DNA of 64,000 bases from Eledone cirrhosa (GCA_964016885.1 OZ024741.1:215264001-215328000), one strand, 5' to 3'; positions 11,955 to 26,004 are shown, counted from the first letter of the stretch. Program-made: numbers and translations. The notes: generated from the letters alone by a model not told the origin.

Positions 11955-13120
11955 ATAACCGAGGTGTCCTACACGAGTGAAAGTATAAAGAAAAAAAGAT
12001 GAAATCGAAAATGCAACTGGAGTCTTATTTTTAAAAAAAATATATAAATTTATTTGGTTCTTTTACCGGTTTCGCAGTTCTTCTGCTTTTCAAAAGTAGA
12101 GTTGAGATGGAGGGTCTGTGGTTTTTCTCACATCTGGTTGGTCTCTGAATGTCACTTGTTTTATATGGAAAAAGTGGCTCGAAATGCCAGGTTTTTCGAG
12201 AAGTAATTTGATTGGTTGGTCAATAATTATAATAAATTTCGCGCCAGTTCGCGTTACAAAGTTCTTCAAACACGGGGGTGGGGTGTCACAGGTTGTTTTT
12301 TCATACATGAGTGTTTGAATTTCTTTTTACTTGAAAAAAGGGGCTCACGAAGGTTTTTTTTAAATAAGCGTAATTTGATTGGTTATAAATGAAAGTATGG
12401 CTGTCACGTCTTCATTAAATTTTCGCGCCCTTATTTGGAAATCCATTCTGTAGAATTTTTAGAGAATTTTATGATAAGTAAAATATAATTGTTTCTACTA
12501 TTGGCACAAGGCCAGCAATTACCCAGTTCATTACTGGTACTTTATTTTATCGACCCGGTAAGGATGAAAGGTAAAGTTAACCTCGACGGGATTTGAACTC
12601 GATAATGGTCAAGAAAAATGGGATGGCAGAATTGTTCTGTTTCAGTGAATATGGTTAGTTCGCTGGGGTGTCAGAATTCATATTTTCTATTGAATAAAGA
12701 AAGTAAACATATGTATGTTTATTTGTGTGCTTGTGTGTGTGTGCGCGGGTGTGGGTGTGTGTGTATGTGTGCGTTGTGTGTGTGTATTTGAATTTCTTTT
12801 TACTTAAAAACAAGGGGGGCTCACGAAGGCTTTTATTTAATAAACGTAATTTGATTGGTTATAAATGAAATTATGGCTGTCACGTGAACAAGTTTTCATT
12901 AAATTTTCTCGCCCTTATTTGGAAATCTATTCTGTAGCCTTTTTAGAGAATTTTATGACAAGCAAAAGATAATGGTTTAGAGAAATAGTATGGGAGAATT
13001 GTTCTGGTTAAGTGAATATGGTTAGTTCGCTGGGGTGTCAGAATTCAGATTTTCTATTGAATAAAGAAAGTAAAGTTATGTATGATTATTTGTGTGCTTG
13101 TGTGTGTGTGTGTGTGTGTA
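11955..13120 (-). mobile_element. pLTR-like repeat with internal tandem duplication, interrupted by a truncated SINE (12486-12600)
   Basis: ~12315-12740 (minus the SINE) is duplicated at ~12788-13110; left end matches the 7422-7740 family. Confidence 0.55.
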
Positions 13121-13134
13121 TTGGAAGATGATTC

Positions 13135-13209
<75 letters not shown>

Positions 13210-13361
13210 ATTATAATGGGGTGATGCAAATTTCAACATACTATTTAGTAAACTTGAAACAATGCTGATATGCTGGTAAACCAACAATACCATAATCTGG
13301 TTTACTTTAAAGTAGAACTCTAGATTAGAAATGCGTGCAACTTCTGTGTTTGTCTGCGATG

Positions 13362-13440
<79 letters not shown>

Positions 13441-13489
13441 CTATCTATTCATCTATCTATCTATCTTTATCTATCTATCTATCTGGGAT

Positions 13490-16400
13490 GGAGACACGTG
13501 TGAAACCTGCTGGGTAAGTTCTGCTTAAAATTTTACAGAAATTCTTGACTGTGAGTCTTCATTTTTATACCAATTTGTAGAGGGACTGCTAGGTCAAATT
13601 TTGATCTGCTGTCTCTCAAAATATTCAACGCCTTTAGGCGAAATAGTTCAAGAAAAAAAGATTTTTGGAAAACCTAACTTTTTTAAATGGCTCAACGACC
13701 CGCCCCAAGCCGCAAACTTATCAGGATAACAACCTTATAGTACGAAACTTTAAAAAGGAACTTCCCACATGATGTGGGCCTCCCCTTGCCAAAAACCCTT
13801 TAACCGTCTCCTGCTAAAAGGATTCCCTCCATCCCCAAACATCCCCAATCTGGACATGGAGATAGAACAATCCGACATCCAGGAAACGAAAAGATAAGTG
13901 TTCCTGCTTTTTCTCTCCCTAACCCTTCTTCACCAACATGGCGACTATAAAATTTGGATGTTTGAATGTACGTGGCCTGGGCATGCCCTGGAAACAGGGC
14001 CAGCTTTTAAATGATCTGAGGTCACATTATATAGATGTGATAGCCATCAACGAGTCCAGGAATCACGACAAGCAGCAGCTAACTCCCATGTTCGATAACT
14101 TTGAGATCTACGCATCTCTCTGTCAGCCATGAGGTGGAGCAGGATTTGCTGTTTTGTTTCGAAAAAACTGGGATCTCAAACCTCAGACGATTCACTTGGA
14201 TGCGGAGGGCAGCTTGGTGGTCCTGGACGTGAATGGTAGTGAAGGTGGAGCTTTCAGACTGGTGGCCGTATATGCCCCTACTGGGACATCGTGACCAGAG
14301 TTTTTCAAGCATCTGGAGCTATTCCTGGGAACGTCTCACTCCTTAGCGTTAGCGGGAGACTGGAATGGCATCTTAGATACACGTTGGGACTATGTAGGAG
14401 CTTGTGATAATAGAGGGGGGTGTAATAGACTCCAAAATCTCATCAGCCAATACCAACTGGCTGATAGATATCAACTAGAATTCCCAAGTGTACCACTGTG
14501 GACGTGGAACAACCGCACTGGGTCTTCTAGATCGTATTTAGATATATTTTTAATTAGACAGAATGATAAGGAAACATTAAGCCGTCCACAAATGCACATG
14601 GTTGCCTATTCAGACCACAAATTAGTCACCTGCATAGTCAACCTTGATAGGACACATAGACAGGGACCCGGATACTGGAAGCTAAACATGTCACTTCCGG
14701 CGTGTAAGGTCGACAGAAAACGGATTAACACCTTAGTTAAGTGCCATTTGACGGGGGAGATCGTCAACAACAGGTGGTGGAGCTCTATCAAGAGATCAAT
14801 TAGAATAGAATCTATAGTATTTAGCAAGGAAGTAGCTTTAGAAAAAAAACAAAACCGAAAAGGAAATGGTAGCTAAAGTAGAAGAGGCACTTAGGAATGG
14901 CAGCTGACGTGCTAGCGGCGAAAACGGCACTAGACCAGGTCTTCAACGTGAAACACGAAGGTTGTATTGTCAGAAGTAGAACACGTGCTCTAAGAACCGA
15001 GGGAGCCAAAGCTGGTAGCTGGGCCCGAGTGGCAGAGGCGAAAAGTGGCAACAAATCCAGAATTCGGTCTTTGCAACACAAAGATGGACGCATTCTACTT
15101 GAATCCAGGCAGATGTGCACGGCCTTCCAGCAGCATTTTTCACAACTGTTCGGGCAAAGCGGTGCGTCGAGAGAGGTGATGGACTTCAGCTCCTACCTCG
15201 ACGGCGTTCCACGACTCTCGAGCACGGATGCAGAGAGCTGCGAAAGGCCGATCACATCGGGCGAAATAGAAGATGCCCTAGGCCGCTGCGGGAAACGCAA
15301 ATCACCCGGTTTAGATGGCCTACCCTATCAGTTTTACATAGGCATGCCAGACTTGTTCTCTGGCGTCCTCGAAGCGGTCTACTGCAACTGGCAGCAGAAC
15401 GGAATGATTCCCAGTTCTATAGGCAGAGGCGTAGTATACGCTGATCAGGAAAGATGAGAACAAGGGGGATGAGATAAACAATTTCAGGCTCAAACTCTGC
15501 TCAACACAGAGTTAAAGATTGTGGCCAATGTATTAGCAGCGAGGCTGGCGCTTGTCGTCGAGAACCTGGAAGGGGAAGCGCAAACGTGTGCAATCCCGAC
15601 CAGGTCCATACACGACAACCTCCACCTCATGCGGTATATCATAGATAGGATAGGGGGTAAACCTGGCTTCGGTGGGGCTCTGATCAATTTAGATCAGTCT
15701 AAGGCACTTGGAAGCGGTACTCAAGGCGGCCGGCTTCGGTCCCGTCTTCATAGGCTGGATCGCTGCCATGCACACCAGCATCGGCAGTCAAGGTGAATGG
15801 CTACCTATCGGAGCCATTCCAAATCATGCGTTCCATCCGTCAGGGATGCCCTCTCTTCTCCATTCTGTATGTACTGACTCTTGAGCCATTACTGCCGAAG
15901 TTGGAGCTGTTGCAGGGGAATCCCGATCGAATCAGGACTGCGGAAAGCAGCGTCGGCCTACGCCGGCGACACAACCGTAAGTGTGCCGAAAACCTCGGAA
16001 ATTGAGGTAATCGGCAACCTATTACAGGAATACGAAACGTTGACAGGAGCAAGACTAAACCTAAACAAGTCTGTCGATTTGCAACTCGGCACAGGGAAAG
16101 GCAAACCCATGGCTTCCGACAACGTCGTTGGACACTGGACGGAATGACCGGTGAAATTGCTCGGGATCTGGTTTGGTCCGGTCCTCTAGGTGGACAAGAA
16201 CTTGTGAGACAAGCTCTTCCACAACACATCTCACTAACAGAGCTGCAGTCCTGGGCCAAGCGAAGACCGAAAATGGGTGCCTTGCACCTCGAGTGCCTTC
16301 AAGCGCTCAAAGCCCTCTACTAAGCGGAAACGGCAATCAGCGGAGACTCCACTTCGACATTCTATAGGGGATTAGTGGAGAATAAGTACGACGACGTTCT

Positions 16401-17250
16401 CGGGGAAAATATAGGCATCGGGGAGGACGAACTGACCAGTCTGTTCGGGAGGAATTTCTCTCCAGGGCCTATGGATAACTTCCAGAGGTCTCTGGCCTGC
16501 CAGTGCTACCGAGGAGCTCTACCAGTTCGAGACAAAATCTACAGGCACGGACGCCCTGGCAGAGATGCCAAAAAGACCTGTCCAAGATGCGAGCAGGACA
16601 TCGAAACCGTTCTGCACGCAATTGTTCAGTGCCCAGTGGTGACCGACCTGTGGAAGTATGTCGAACAGCTACTGTCACGTGTGGGACGCATCCAGTTGTC
16701 AGCCGAGTCCATCGTGAGGATCACCCCGCCGACTTCATTTAAGGATGCAGAGGCGGTTTTCCTCTGTCTGGTGGCTATGGCGAAAGAGGTAATATGGGGG
16801 ACGAGGTTAAAAGGACTGAGGGCAAACACCTTTCTCTCGGGACAACAACTTATCCCCTTCATTAAGTACCACTTCAGAAGGAAGATGATGGTGGAGAGAG
16901 AGGTGCTACACTCCAGTAAATTCGCTGAAAGCTGGGTGAATGTGGCGAAAATGGCCCGAGTGAATGGGCCTTCTCTGTATATAAACCTGTAGGTTGAGGA
17001 AGATAAACAGAGCGAAGACGGGAACACCTACAAAACGTGTTCCTGGTGTTGAGGGTTGTTCTATCCACGGGTTGTAAAGCAAGCCTGCAGTAACGTTCCC
17101 CCCTATTGGGGATTTCAATTTTTTTTAATTATATATAGTTCATTGTTATTTATTAATGTTAAAGTTATATGATTTTTATGTAAAATCCCCGCCGTCACGT
17201 CTTGTAATGTCCCATTTTTGTACGCCCCTGTGGCAAATAATAAAGAAAGA
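13490..17250 (+). mobile_element. Decayed Tx1/L1-type LINE with most of ORF1 deleted, in (TATC)n
   Basis: ORF2 remnants homologous to 58573-62009; 5' UTR and ORF1 tail retained; TATC tracts at ~13364-13483 and ~17251-17297. Confidence 0.9.
13938..16992 (+). pseudogene. Tx1-type ORF2 (APE endonuclease-RT-zinc finger), frameshifted
   Basis: GCLNVRGL, SDHKLV, GYWKLN, KSPGLDGLP, RQGCPL, CPRC..ETVLHAIVQC. Confidence 0.9.
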
Positions 17251-17757
17251 TATCTATCTATCTATTTATCTATATATCTGTCTGTCTATCTATCTATTCC
17301 TATTATTTCCTCTACCTCCTGGTCGACAGCTGATAATTTCTTGAGAAATTTTACAATGTTATTTTTTTTCTTTTGCCTTTTTTTTCCTTCTCTTGCTGAA
17401 AGAAACACTTCAGGGTTTTTCTTCTTTTGTGTGTGTTGTTGTTTCTTGTTTGTATATTTTTTTTAATTTCTCGCTTGGCAACATTAAGAAGTTCTTCTGG
17501 TTCTTCTCGTTGATAAGAAATTACATGTTGGATAGATCTCAAATTAACCCGAAATATCAGTGTTGTGAGTGAGAGGGCGAGTGGTGTAGGGAAAGGAGGA
17601 AGGAGGGAAGGCTAACGCTTAGAAAGACATAGACATACATGTAGACAGGTAGATAGACAGACTAATTGACAGATAGACAGACAGGCAGATAGACAGACAG
17701 ATAGATAATTAGATAGGTTAATAGATAGATAAATAAATAGATAGATATATATAGAGA

Positions 17758-17794
<37 letters not shown>

Positions 17795-17826
17795 ATAAAT
17801 AAATAGATAGATAGACAGACAGACAG

Positions 17827-17859
<33 letters not shown>

Positions 17860-18731
17860 TTTACAGAGAGAGTGGCAAAGAGCAAGGGGCAAAGAGAGAG
17901 TGAGAGAGTTACAGGGAGAGAGGGAAAGAGAGTGACGGAGAGAGAACAAGAGAGAGAAATAGAGTGATAGAGAGAGAGTTACAAAGAGAGAGAGTGAGAG
18001 AGAGAGATACAGAGAGAGAGAACAAGAGAGAGAAAGAGAGTGACAAAATTCAATGTTTGACAAATTTAGAGACACATCTAGAGAGTGAGAGAGAGTGACA
18101 GGGACATAGAAATAGAGAGAGAGAGAGTGACAGAGAGAGAGACAGAGAGAGAGACTGAAAGAGTGAGTGAGAGTGAGATGGCAGGATAGAGAGAGACAGA
18201 CAGAGAAAGAGAGAGAAAGAAAGAAAGAAAAACCAGGGTTGTACACCCAATATGTGTATATTTTATGCCAGCTGTAGAATTGAGAGGAAAGAAAAAGGAA
18301 AAGACGAGGAAAAAAAAGATGCTAATGATGCTGATGATGCTGATGATGTGGAGAAGGATAAAAGAAAGGAAATGTGAAAAGAAAAGGAGACTAAAAAACA
18401 ATACAACAACAACAAAAATAACAAAGCAAAGGTTTCGTTTATTTATCTTTCTTTTTATTAATTTCGTCTTTTTCTTTTTGACTTGTGGATTCTAGACATC
18501 TAACCGAAGAAAGAGAAAGAGAAAGAAAAATGGAGAATGTTTCGTGTAAACACTCAGTCTGTAAAAGAACAAAGAAATTCTTAAATGTTGCACGGGTAGA
18601 CAGAGGTGGGGTGAAGAAGAAAGAGAAGAAAACACAGGCTCCACCTGAAAAACAGAAGCTTGTATAAGAAGAATGGAAAGAAGAGAGAAAGGATTGAAAA
18701 AAATGAAAAAAAAAAAAATGAAAAAACTAAT

Positions 18732-18762
<31 letters not shown>

Positions 18763-18857
18763 AAGAAGAAGAAGAAGAAGAAGAAGAAGAAGCCCGATAC
18801 GTTGAGAAAGACCTTCACGAGAACAACGCTATATATATATATATATATATATATATG

Positions 18858-19034
18858 GGAAAAGAGTCAGGACCCCGACGGCTGAGCTCCGGCCGTTTCG
18901 ACAGCCAGTTCAGATCTGTCGGAGCTCAGCCGTCGGTGTCCTGACTCTTTTCCTATTACCCACTTTACTACTTATAGCAACGAGTACTCTGGTGCGTTAT
19001 GGTCCACCTGGTTCCTTACCACACTTCCTTCGTT
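18858..19034. mobile_element. Foldback remnant of Penelope pLTR terminus
   Basis: Same family as 4510-4703 and ~41615-41812; flanked by (TA)n. Confidence 0.7.
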
Positions 19035-19215
19035 ATATATAATATATATATATAAATGTTTTTAATTGAACATACGGTATATTGCCAAATATACTATACA
19101 TACATTATTGTATATATATATAAATGAAGTATTTCCGTAGGAAAGGTAAAGGAAAAGAGAGTGCTCTATGTAGGCTAAAGAGCTTTTTAGTTATGTAATA
19201 AACAACATAAGATAA

Positions 19216-19284
19216 TTATTTCACTTACCAGTGGTTTCTTGAAGACAGATATTTATGTCTGTCTTCATTCATCAGAAGAAATAA
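19216..19284 (-). ncRNA. Type I hammerhead ribozyme
   Basis: Minus strand: TTATTTCTT-CTGATGA-A-TGAAGACAGA(CATAAATA)TCTGTCTTCA-A-GAA-ACCA(C)TGGT-A^AGTGAAATAA; 10-bp stem II, GUA triplet. Confidence 0.7.
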
Positions 19285-19320
19285 ACCACAGGTAAATGAA
19301 ATAATTATCTTATGTTGTTA

Positions 19321-19335
<15 letters not shown>

Positions 19336-19357
<22 letters not shown>

Positions 19358-19792
19358 TTATCTTATCTATCCTATTGTGTGGTGGACCGTTTCTGCACCA
19401 CAGGTAACATGGTGACCAACTTCTTCTATATCTCTCTTCTCTTCGCCTTCCTCATGGTTACACCCAGCCACATGCCTGTCCATTCAGGGATGATGTCCGC
19501 TTATCTCTTTCTCTCTCTGTTATCCTTCCTTCCTCCTTGTTCTGCATGACACTCTTGCCAAGCCCTGAAGATGTTCTCATGTGCCCATACCATCTCAATT
19601 TGCGGTTTTTTTTACAATGGTCAGTAGCTCTTCGTAGGACCCGATGGCTTGCAAAACACTATTTCACACCTACCTCCTCATTGGAGTAGCGGGCTCTGTA
19701 GGTGATGCAAAGGAGCTTTCTGAAGCAACTCATCCCAATAGCGTGTTTTCTTCTCTCCAGATCTGCTGTTATTGTCCAAGACTCACATACAT
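19336..19792 (-). mobile_element. RTE-clade LINE 3' fragment
   Basis: Minus-strand translation across frameshifts gives YEELLTIVKK.RKLRWYGHMRTSSGLGKSVMQ, a typical RTE ORF C-terminus. Confidence 0.65.
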
Positions 19793-19802
19793 ACATACAC
19801 AC

Positions 19803-20021
19803 ATGGTGGCTGCCAACTCGTTTTCGAGTACGGCCACTACTTTATATCCATGTAGGAGAACCCCTACCGATACGCTGAACGAGTGTGACTTTTTACTCCA
19901 GCCAGCGACTTGAAAACTCTGGTACAAACACTACACTTGTGACAATTATTGACACATAGTAATGGGCCCATGGAACCATGTGACGATAAGTACAGAGAGA
20001 TCTCCAGATATAAAGCAATGC
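19803..20021 (-). mobile_element. Non-autonomous RTE-related repeat, 3' part
   Basis: Near-identical to ~25246-25460 and ~40018-40240. Confidence 0.7.
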
Positions 20022-20183
20022 ATACATACATACATATTTAATTAAATATCCGTATACAGCGGGTAATACAAGATAGATTCAGAAATAAACAGGAGGCAAC
20101 AAAAGAAGAAAAGGGGAAAGAAAAAAGAGACAAAAGAAGCAAAATCAAGTCAAATGTGTATGTACATATATAAACACACACAA

Positions 20184-20259
<76 letters not shown>

Positions 20260-20262
<3 letters not shown>

Positions 20263-20398
20263 ACGAAGGAGTTGTGGTAAGGAACCAGATGGACCATAAC
20301 GCACCAGAGTACTCAATACTTAGGGAAGTAGAGTGGGTAATTGGAAAATGTATGACCCCGACGGCAGAGCTCAAGTCGTTTCGACGGGTATTTCTGGA
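20260..20398 (-). mobile_element. Penelope pLTR terminal fragment
   Basis: Reverse complement of ~3436-3573; in (TA)n. Confidence 0.75.
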
Positions 20399-20405
20399 TG
20401 ATATA

Positions 20406-20518
<113 letters not shown>

Positions 20519-20575
20519 TTAATATAGATGAGATTCTACAGGACTAGAACTGTTTCATTCTTTAGAAATCATCAA

Positions 20576-20628
20576 GAGATTCCTGATGATTTCTAAAGAA
20601 TGAAACAGTTCTCGTCCTGTAGAATCTC
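20576..20628 (+). ncRNA. Type I hammerhead ribozyme in a head-to-head inverted pair
   Basis: GAGATTC-CTGATGA-TTTC(TAAA)GAAT-GAA-ACAG(TTCTCGTC)CTGT-A^GAATCTC; mutated inverted copy at 20530-20575. Confidence 0.78.
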
Positions 20629-20696
20629 ATCTATATTAAAACTTTTATACTCTGCAATGTATTGAGTACCTTACTTACGATTCAACCCGAAATAAC

Positions 20697-20734
<38 letters not shown>

Positions 20735-20743
20735 GTTATTTCG

Positions 20744-20777
<34 letters not shown>

Positions 20778-20794
20778 GAGAGAGAAAGCCACCA

Positions 20795-22940
20795 AAATAT
20801 ACGGTAGTGTCCAATCCGTATGAAGAACTCAATGTAATCCAAATATCATGAAAAGAGAAAATGCATTGAACATTTTCGATGAAAATCATAGGAAAAACAG
20901 AGTCAAGATAAATTAATAAAAACGATGAATAAAAACAATTCATCATTTTACGATCGTTTCTAGGATATATATGTGTGTTGGTATGTATATTATATAGATC
21001 TATGTAAAAATATTACAAACTAACTGAGGAAATATACATAACTTCACATATATATGTTGTCTACAGAAATAATGAGATTTGTTTATTGCAAAAAAAAAAC
21101 AACATAGATTTAATATAATAGGTCTGTTTGGGAACAGGTTTTGAATTGACCAATAGAAAAGTAGTAAGAGGTCAAGTTGATAGAATAGTTGTAGTAGAAA
21201 TTTAATTTAGGAGTAGAGGAATGTAGACTTATGTTTTGAATGGAAAGAATACGTTGAATGAAAAGAATACTTTGGGGATGAAAAGATGTCAAGCCGGTGA
21301 AGGGTACACGAAAATTTGATGTTATTAAAGAATAATGTTAAAAACGAAGGAGAGTAAAATTTTAGGGTAAAGGTATTAGTGAGAAAAACCAATCTTATTT
21401 AAAACACAAGGAATTTAGATCTATAACAAGAAATTAAATTAATTGATAGGTGTACTTATAGGGATAAATTTATATTAATTCATATGGATGTGATAAATAA
21501 GAATTAGATGTTATTAAAGAATGTTGTTAAAAACGAAGGAAAATAAGATTTTGGGATAAGTGCAGTAGTGAGAAATACCAATCTTATATAGGCTACAAGG
21601 AATCTAGATTCATAACAGGAAATTAAATTAATTTATATGTATACTTTTAGGTATTAATTTTAGGAAAAGAGAGCTGTAAGAGGGAAATAAAATTATGAAG
21701 TTCTCTGCAGTAAAGTATTAATTATAGGTTAACTAAATAAAAAAAACTAATTATAATAATTTGTAAAATATAAGTGTAAAGTGTATATTAATTAGGTTTA
21801 TAATAATTGAAAGTTCTTCTAATTCTATGATTGCACGATATAATTAATTCTTGTCGCTTATTTAATAGGATATCCTTAGATTTCATTATTTCAAGAAGTT
21901 CCAGGGAACATAATCCACTCATATCTGTTATTTTGATAAGGGGCGGCCCTTTTGAGCACACCCCAGGTCAGGTTATAATCGATATTCTTTTTTCTATAAT
22001 TATTAATTATTTCAGCCAAGGATGTTCTATTAGCTAATGCGGCATTTTTAATACTATGTTTGTGGGTATTAAATCTTACTTTAAATTGGTTAGAAGTAGC
22101 TCCTATATATGAATAAGTTGAGTCCTTAGTGCTAATTTTACATTTATATACTATGTTATTAATAAGACAATTTCCCTTTAATGGGCAATTTCTTTTGTTT
22201 CTACAGTTACAACCATTCGTGAATATTATATCAGGGGAGTTAGTCAAATTTGGTGTGGAATTTACTCGACTTGTTATATGTGTAGGCGATGGTGGTTTGT
22301 TGCGGTTTATTTTAGAATTATGGTTGGTTTGATGTGTTGGTGGTATATTCGTGGTTTTTTTAACATTTATATGCGTTGTACGCACTTATATTATGTTGTA
22401 TATTTTTGGTAGTGGAGTAGGAAAATTTGCTAGTTGATCTATTTAAAATTTGGTGGTATTTATGGTTTGGTGGGAAGTTTTTCTCTAGGATAGTAAAACA
22501 TTTTTTAGGGATATTATCTTTAATTTGTAGATTAAATGGAGCATTATACCAAGTACCTCGTCTATTACCGTTTCGATATTGTTTTTTATATTTATACGAT
22601 GTATCAGGATGTTTACTAAGAGAGTTAGTATTAGTGAATTTATTATATATAGGTTTAGTTAGATAAACTGATTTAGGTGTTTTAGTCTGATTATTAGGAA
22701 TTTTGTTAGTAATGTTATTAACGTATATTGGGATATTAGGATGAATGGTTTTTTGAAAGTTATTATATTTTATGTGAGAAGAGGTAGAGAAATTAAGTTT
22801 TAGGTTGGTATTTTGGGGTGTAGTGTGAGTGGCATTTTGGTGTGGGTTTTTCATTTGATGTTTGTTGGTAATATTGGGTTGTATGTTTGAAGTATTATTG
22901 GTGCAAGGTATACAGACTAAAACACCTAAATCAGTTTATA
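20795..22940 (-). mobile_element. 5'-truncated Naiad-type Penelope element, relative of the 29.7-32.2 kb element
   Basis: ORF pieces 21790-22910 (TWYNAPFNLQIK, GCNCRNKRNCPLKGNC, NIVYKC, SYIGAT); pLTR ~20800-21150 similar to 32355-32750; short inversion at 22913-22940. Confidence 0.88.
20941..21074 (-). ncRNA. Degenerate long-stem-II hammerhead
   Basis: Minus strand: CATTATTT-CTGTAGA-[long hairpin]-GAAACGATCGTA^AAATGATG; core A6 mutated. Confidence 0.6.
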
Positions 22941-22951
22941 AAACAAATCTG

Positions 22952-23017
22952 TATTTTATCTGATGAAAGCGCACCATAATTTGCCTTGGTTGCCCTTGAA
23001 ATATATATAATAAAATA
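22952..23017 (+). ncRNA. Minimal type I hammerhead with (AT)n stem III
   Basis: TATTTTAT-CTGATGA-AAGCGCACCA...TGGTTGCCCTT-GAA-ATATATAT-A^ATAAAATA; 8-bp stem I; AUA triplet. Confidence 0.72.
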
Positions 23018-23055
23018 AATATGGTTTTATAAATATAGTTTCCATTTATTAATAT

Positions 23056-23102
<47 letters not shown>

Positions 23103-23461
23103 TTTAGAAAACGTAAGAGGAACCCAAACTTAAGGACAATTCCCGGTCTTCGGCTGTCAGCTGTAGGTCGTTGATGTTTCGACGCATTAAAGACAGTACA
23201 TCTCACCACAGTGCGGTGATAACCAAGAGGAATAATTATCAGGGAAGAAAAAAAACAAAAATACAAACAGACACGATAGAGAAGAAAAGGACAGAAAAAA
23301 AAGAAAAGAAAATCATACCGATAGAGAGGGGGATATATATACATATATAAATTTATATATGTATATTGTATATACATATCTGTATAAATATATATATACA
23401 TATATATATACATATACATATATATACATACACACACATATATATATATATATACCCTCCC

Positions 23462-23573
<112 letters not shown>

Positions 23574-23698
23574 AGTTATATAATAATTGACATACGTTCG
23601 GCGTTAATGTGTCTCTATTTATATTTTACATTTATATTCATTCAACTTCTCCATAAATGTAGATCTATGCGTATATAGATTATTCACCCACCCACACA

Positions 23699-23849
<151 letters not shown>

Positions 23850-23918
23850 TATATACATATATATCTGTATATATATATATATATATATACATAAATAAGC
23901 ATATGTATATATGCATAA

Positions 23919-23989
<71 letters not shown>

Positions 23990-24140
23990 GTATATTTACG
24001 TGGCATCTATATTTCATAGTTCTATGAATGTTAAACACTAATACAGACACATTAACGCCGAATATATATCAATTTTTGTATACCTCTATTGTGTTTGTGC
24101 AATTGTATGCCCTTGGAATGTATGTATATATACATACATA

Positions 24141-24211
<71 letters not shown>

Positions 24212-24220
24212 ATATACATA

Positions 24221-24361
<141 letters not shown>

Positions 24362-25058
24362 TCATCAATACAACGTATATAACATATATGCACAACACAC
24401 CCTATATGCTATGTAGAGATTGCCGATAAAGATCATAAGCATCATCATCATCCTCATAGTCAGCATCATCAACATCATCATCACCAGAAACATCATCACT
24501 ATCGTAAACATCATGGTAAACACCATAAATTTGTTATATTTCATTCTTTTACCTCAATATTTTCTCGGCAATCTTTCTCGACTATTCAGGGGAAGGTTAT
24601 CCATAGAACGAGATCGTTCAATAGAAACAGCACTTCAGATCATACAACATTTATAGATATGTTGCTATAACGACAGCATTGTCACACAAGCTCCCCGCTT
24701 ATTTCCCGCGCGTTCATGTTATTTCTGTTGTTGTTGTTGTTGTTGTTGATGTATTTGATGTTGTTTTTATCATGGTTGTTGCTATTTTTTATATTTTTGT
24801 TATATTTTTGTTGTTTTTTATTGATTTTTTCTCCTTCATTTCTCTCTCTTTTGCATCCCGACATTTTTATGTATTCTTTTTTTTGTTTTTTTTTTTACAT
24901 GTTCATTTTCTTCCACGGTTTACGTTCGTTGTTACATCATTTTATATTTCTTAGAATATACATCTATTCATATACACCTATACACCTATATGGATATATA
25001 TGTAAATATAGGTTTTATGTATATATGTATGTTATATATATGTAAGTGTGTTTGCATG

Positions 25059-25237
<179 letters not shown>

Positions 25238-25245
25238 GTATATAC

Positions 25246-25741
25246 ATGGTGGCTGCCAACTCGTTTTCGAGTACGGCCACTACTTTATATCCATGTAGGA
25301 GAACCCTTACCGATGCGCTGAAAGAGTGTGACTTTTTAGTCCAGCCGGCGACTTGAAAACTCTCGTACGAACACTACACTTGTGACAATTATTGACACAT
25401 AGTGCTGGGCCCATGGTAGCATGTAATGACAAGAGCAGAGATCTCCAGATATAAAGCAATGCCTGTGCCGTGAAGCTTTTATAGTGAGCAAAGGCATTGC
25501 ACAAAGCCAGTCCCACTCTCTTAACAAGATGATATTTACCAAAAAGAACAAGTCAACATCATTGGGTACCATCATGGTTGCAGGTGTTATATCAGAGTTT
25601 TCCTTCTCCTAGAATTCTGCCTTGACAAAGGCTAAGGGGTCATCTCTCCCGGTGATTTTGTATGGCCATTGACTTTTAAGAGCTCCTTTGCCCTTTGACA
25701 GGTTGTACTGGGTTACGAGTAGCACCAACTGGTGACATGAC
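25246..25741 (-). mobile_element. Non-autonomous RTE-related element (~500 bp)
   Basis: Contains ctaggagaaggaaaactctga, which resembles RTE 5' UTR motifs; copies at 19803 and 40018; longer relative at 53542-54064; (TA)n flanks. Confidence 0.6.
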
Positions 25742-25764
25742 ATATATATATATATATATATACG

Positions 25765-25798
<34 letters not shown>

Positions 25799-25854
25799 TA
25801 AACAAATAATGAATAAAACAATGAAACAGTTCCTTATATTAAACAAAAAAAGTT

Positions 25855-26004
25855 CATTATTTAACGATCGTTTCTAGGATATATATGTGTTAGAATTGGT
25901 ATGCATATTCAACAGATCTATGTACAAAATTATACAGAATTATACAAACTATCAAGATTAAATATACATACCAACACATATATACGCCGTCTTCAGAAAT
26001 AATG
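25855..26004 (-). ncRNA. Type I hammerhead ribozyme with ~115 nt stem II (3' pLTR copy)
   Basis: Reverse complement of 35671-35820. Confidence 0.78.

Noticed and set aside
23165-23225. Minus-strand gatgta...tgcgtcgaaacatc as a hammerhead
   Set aside because: Core and stem I missing
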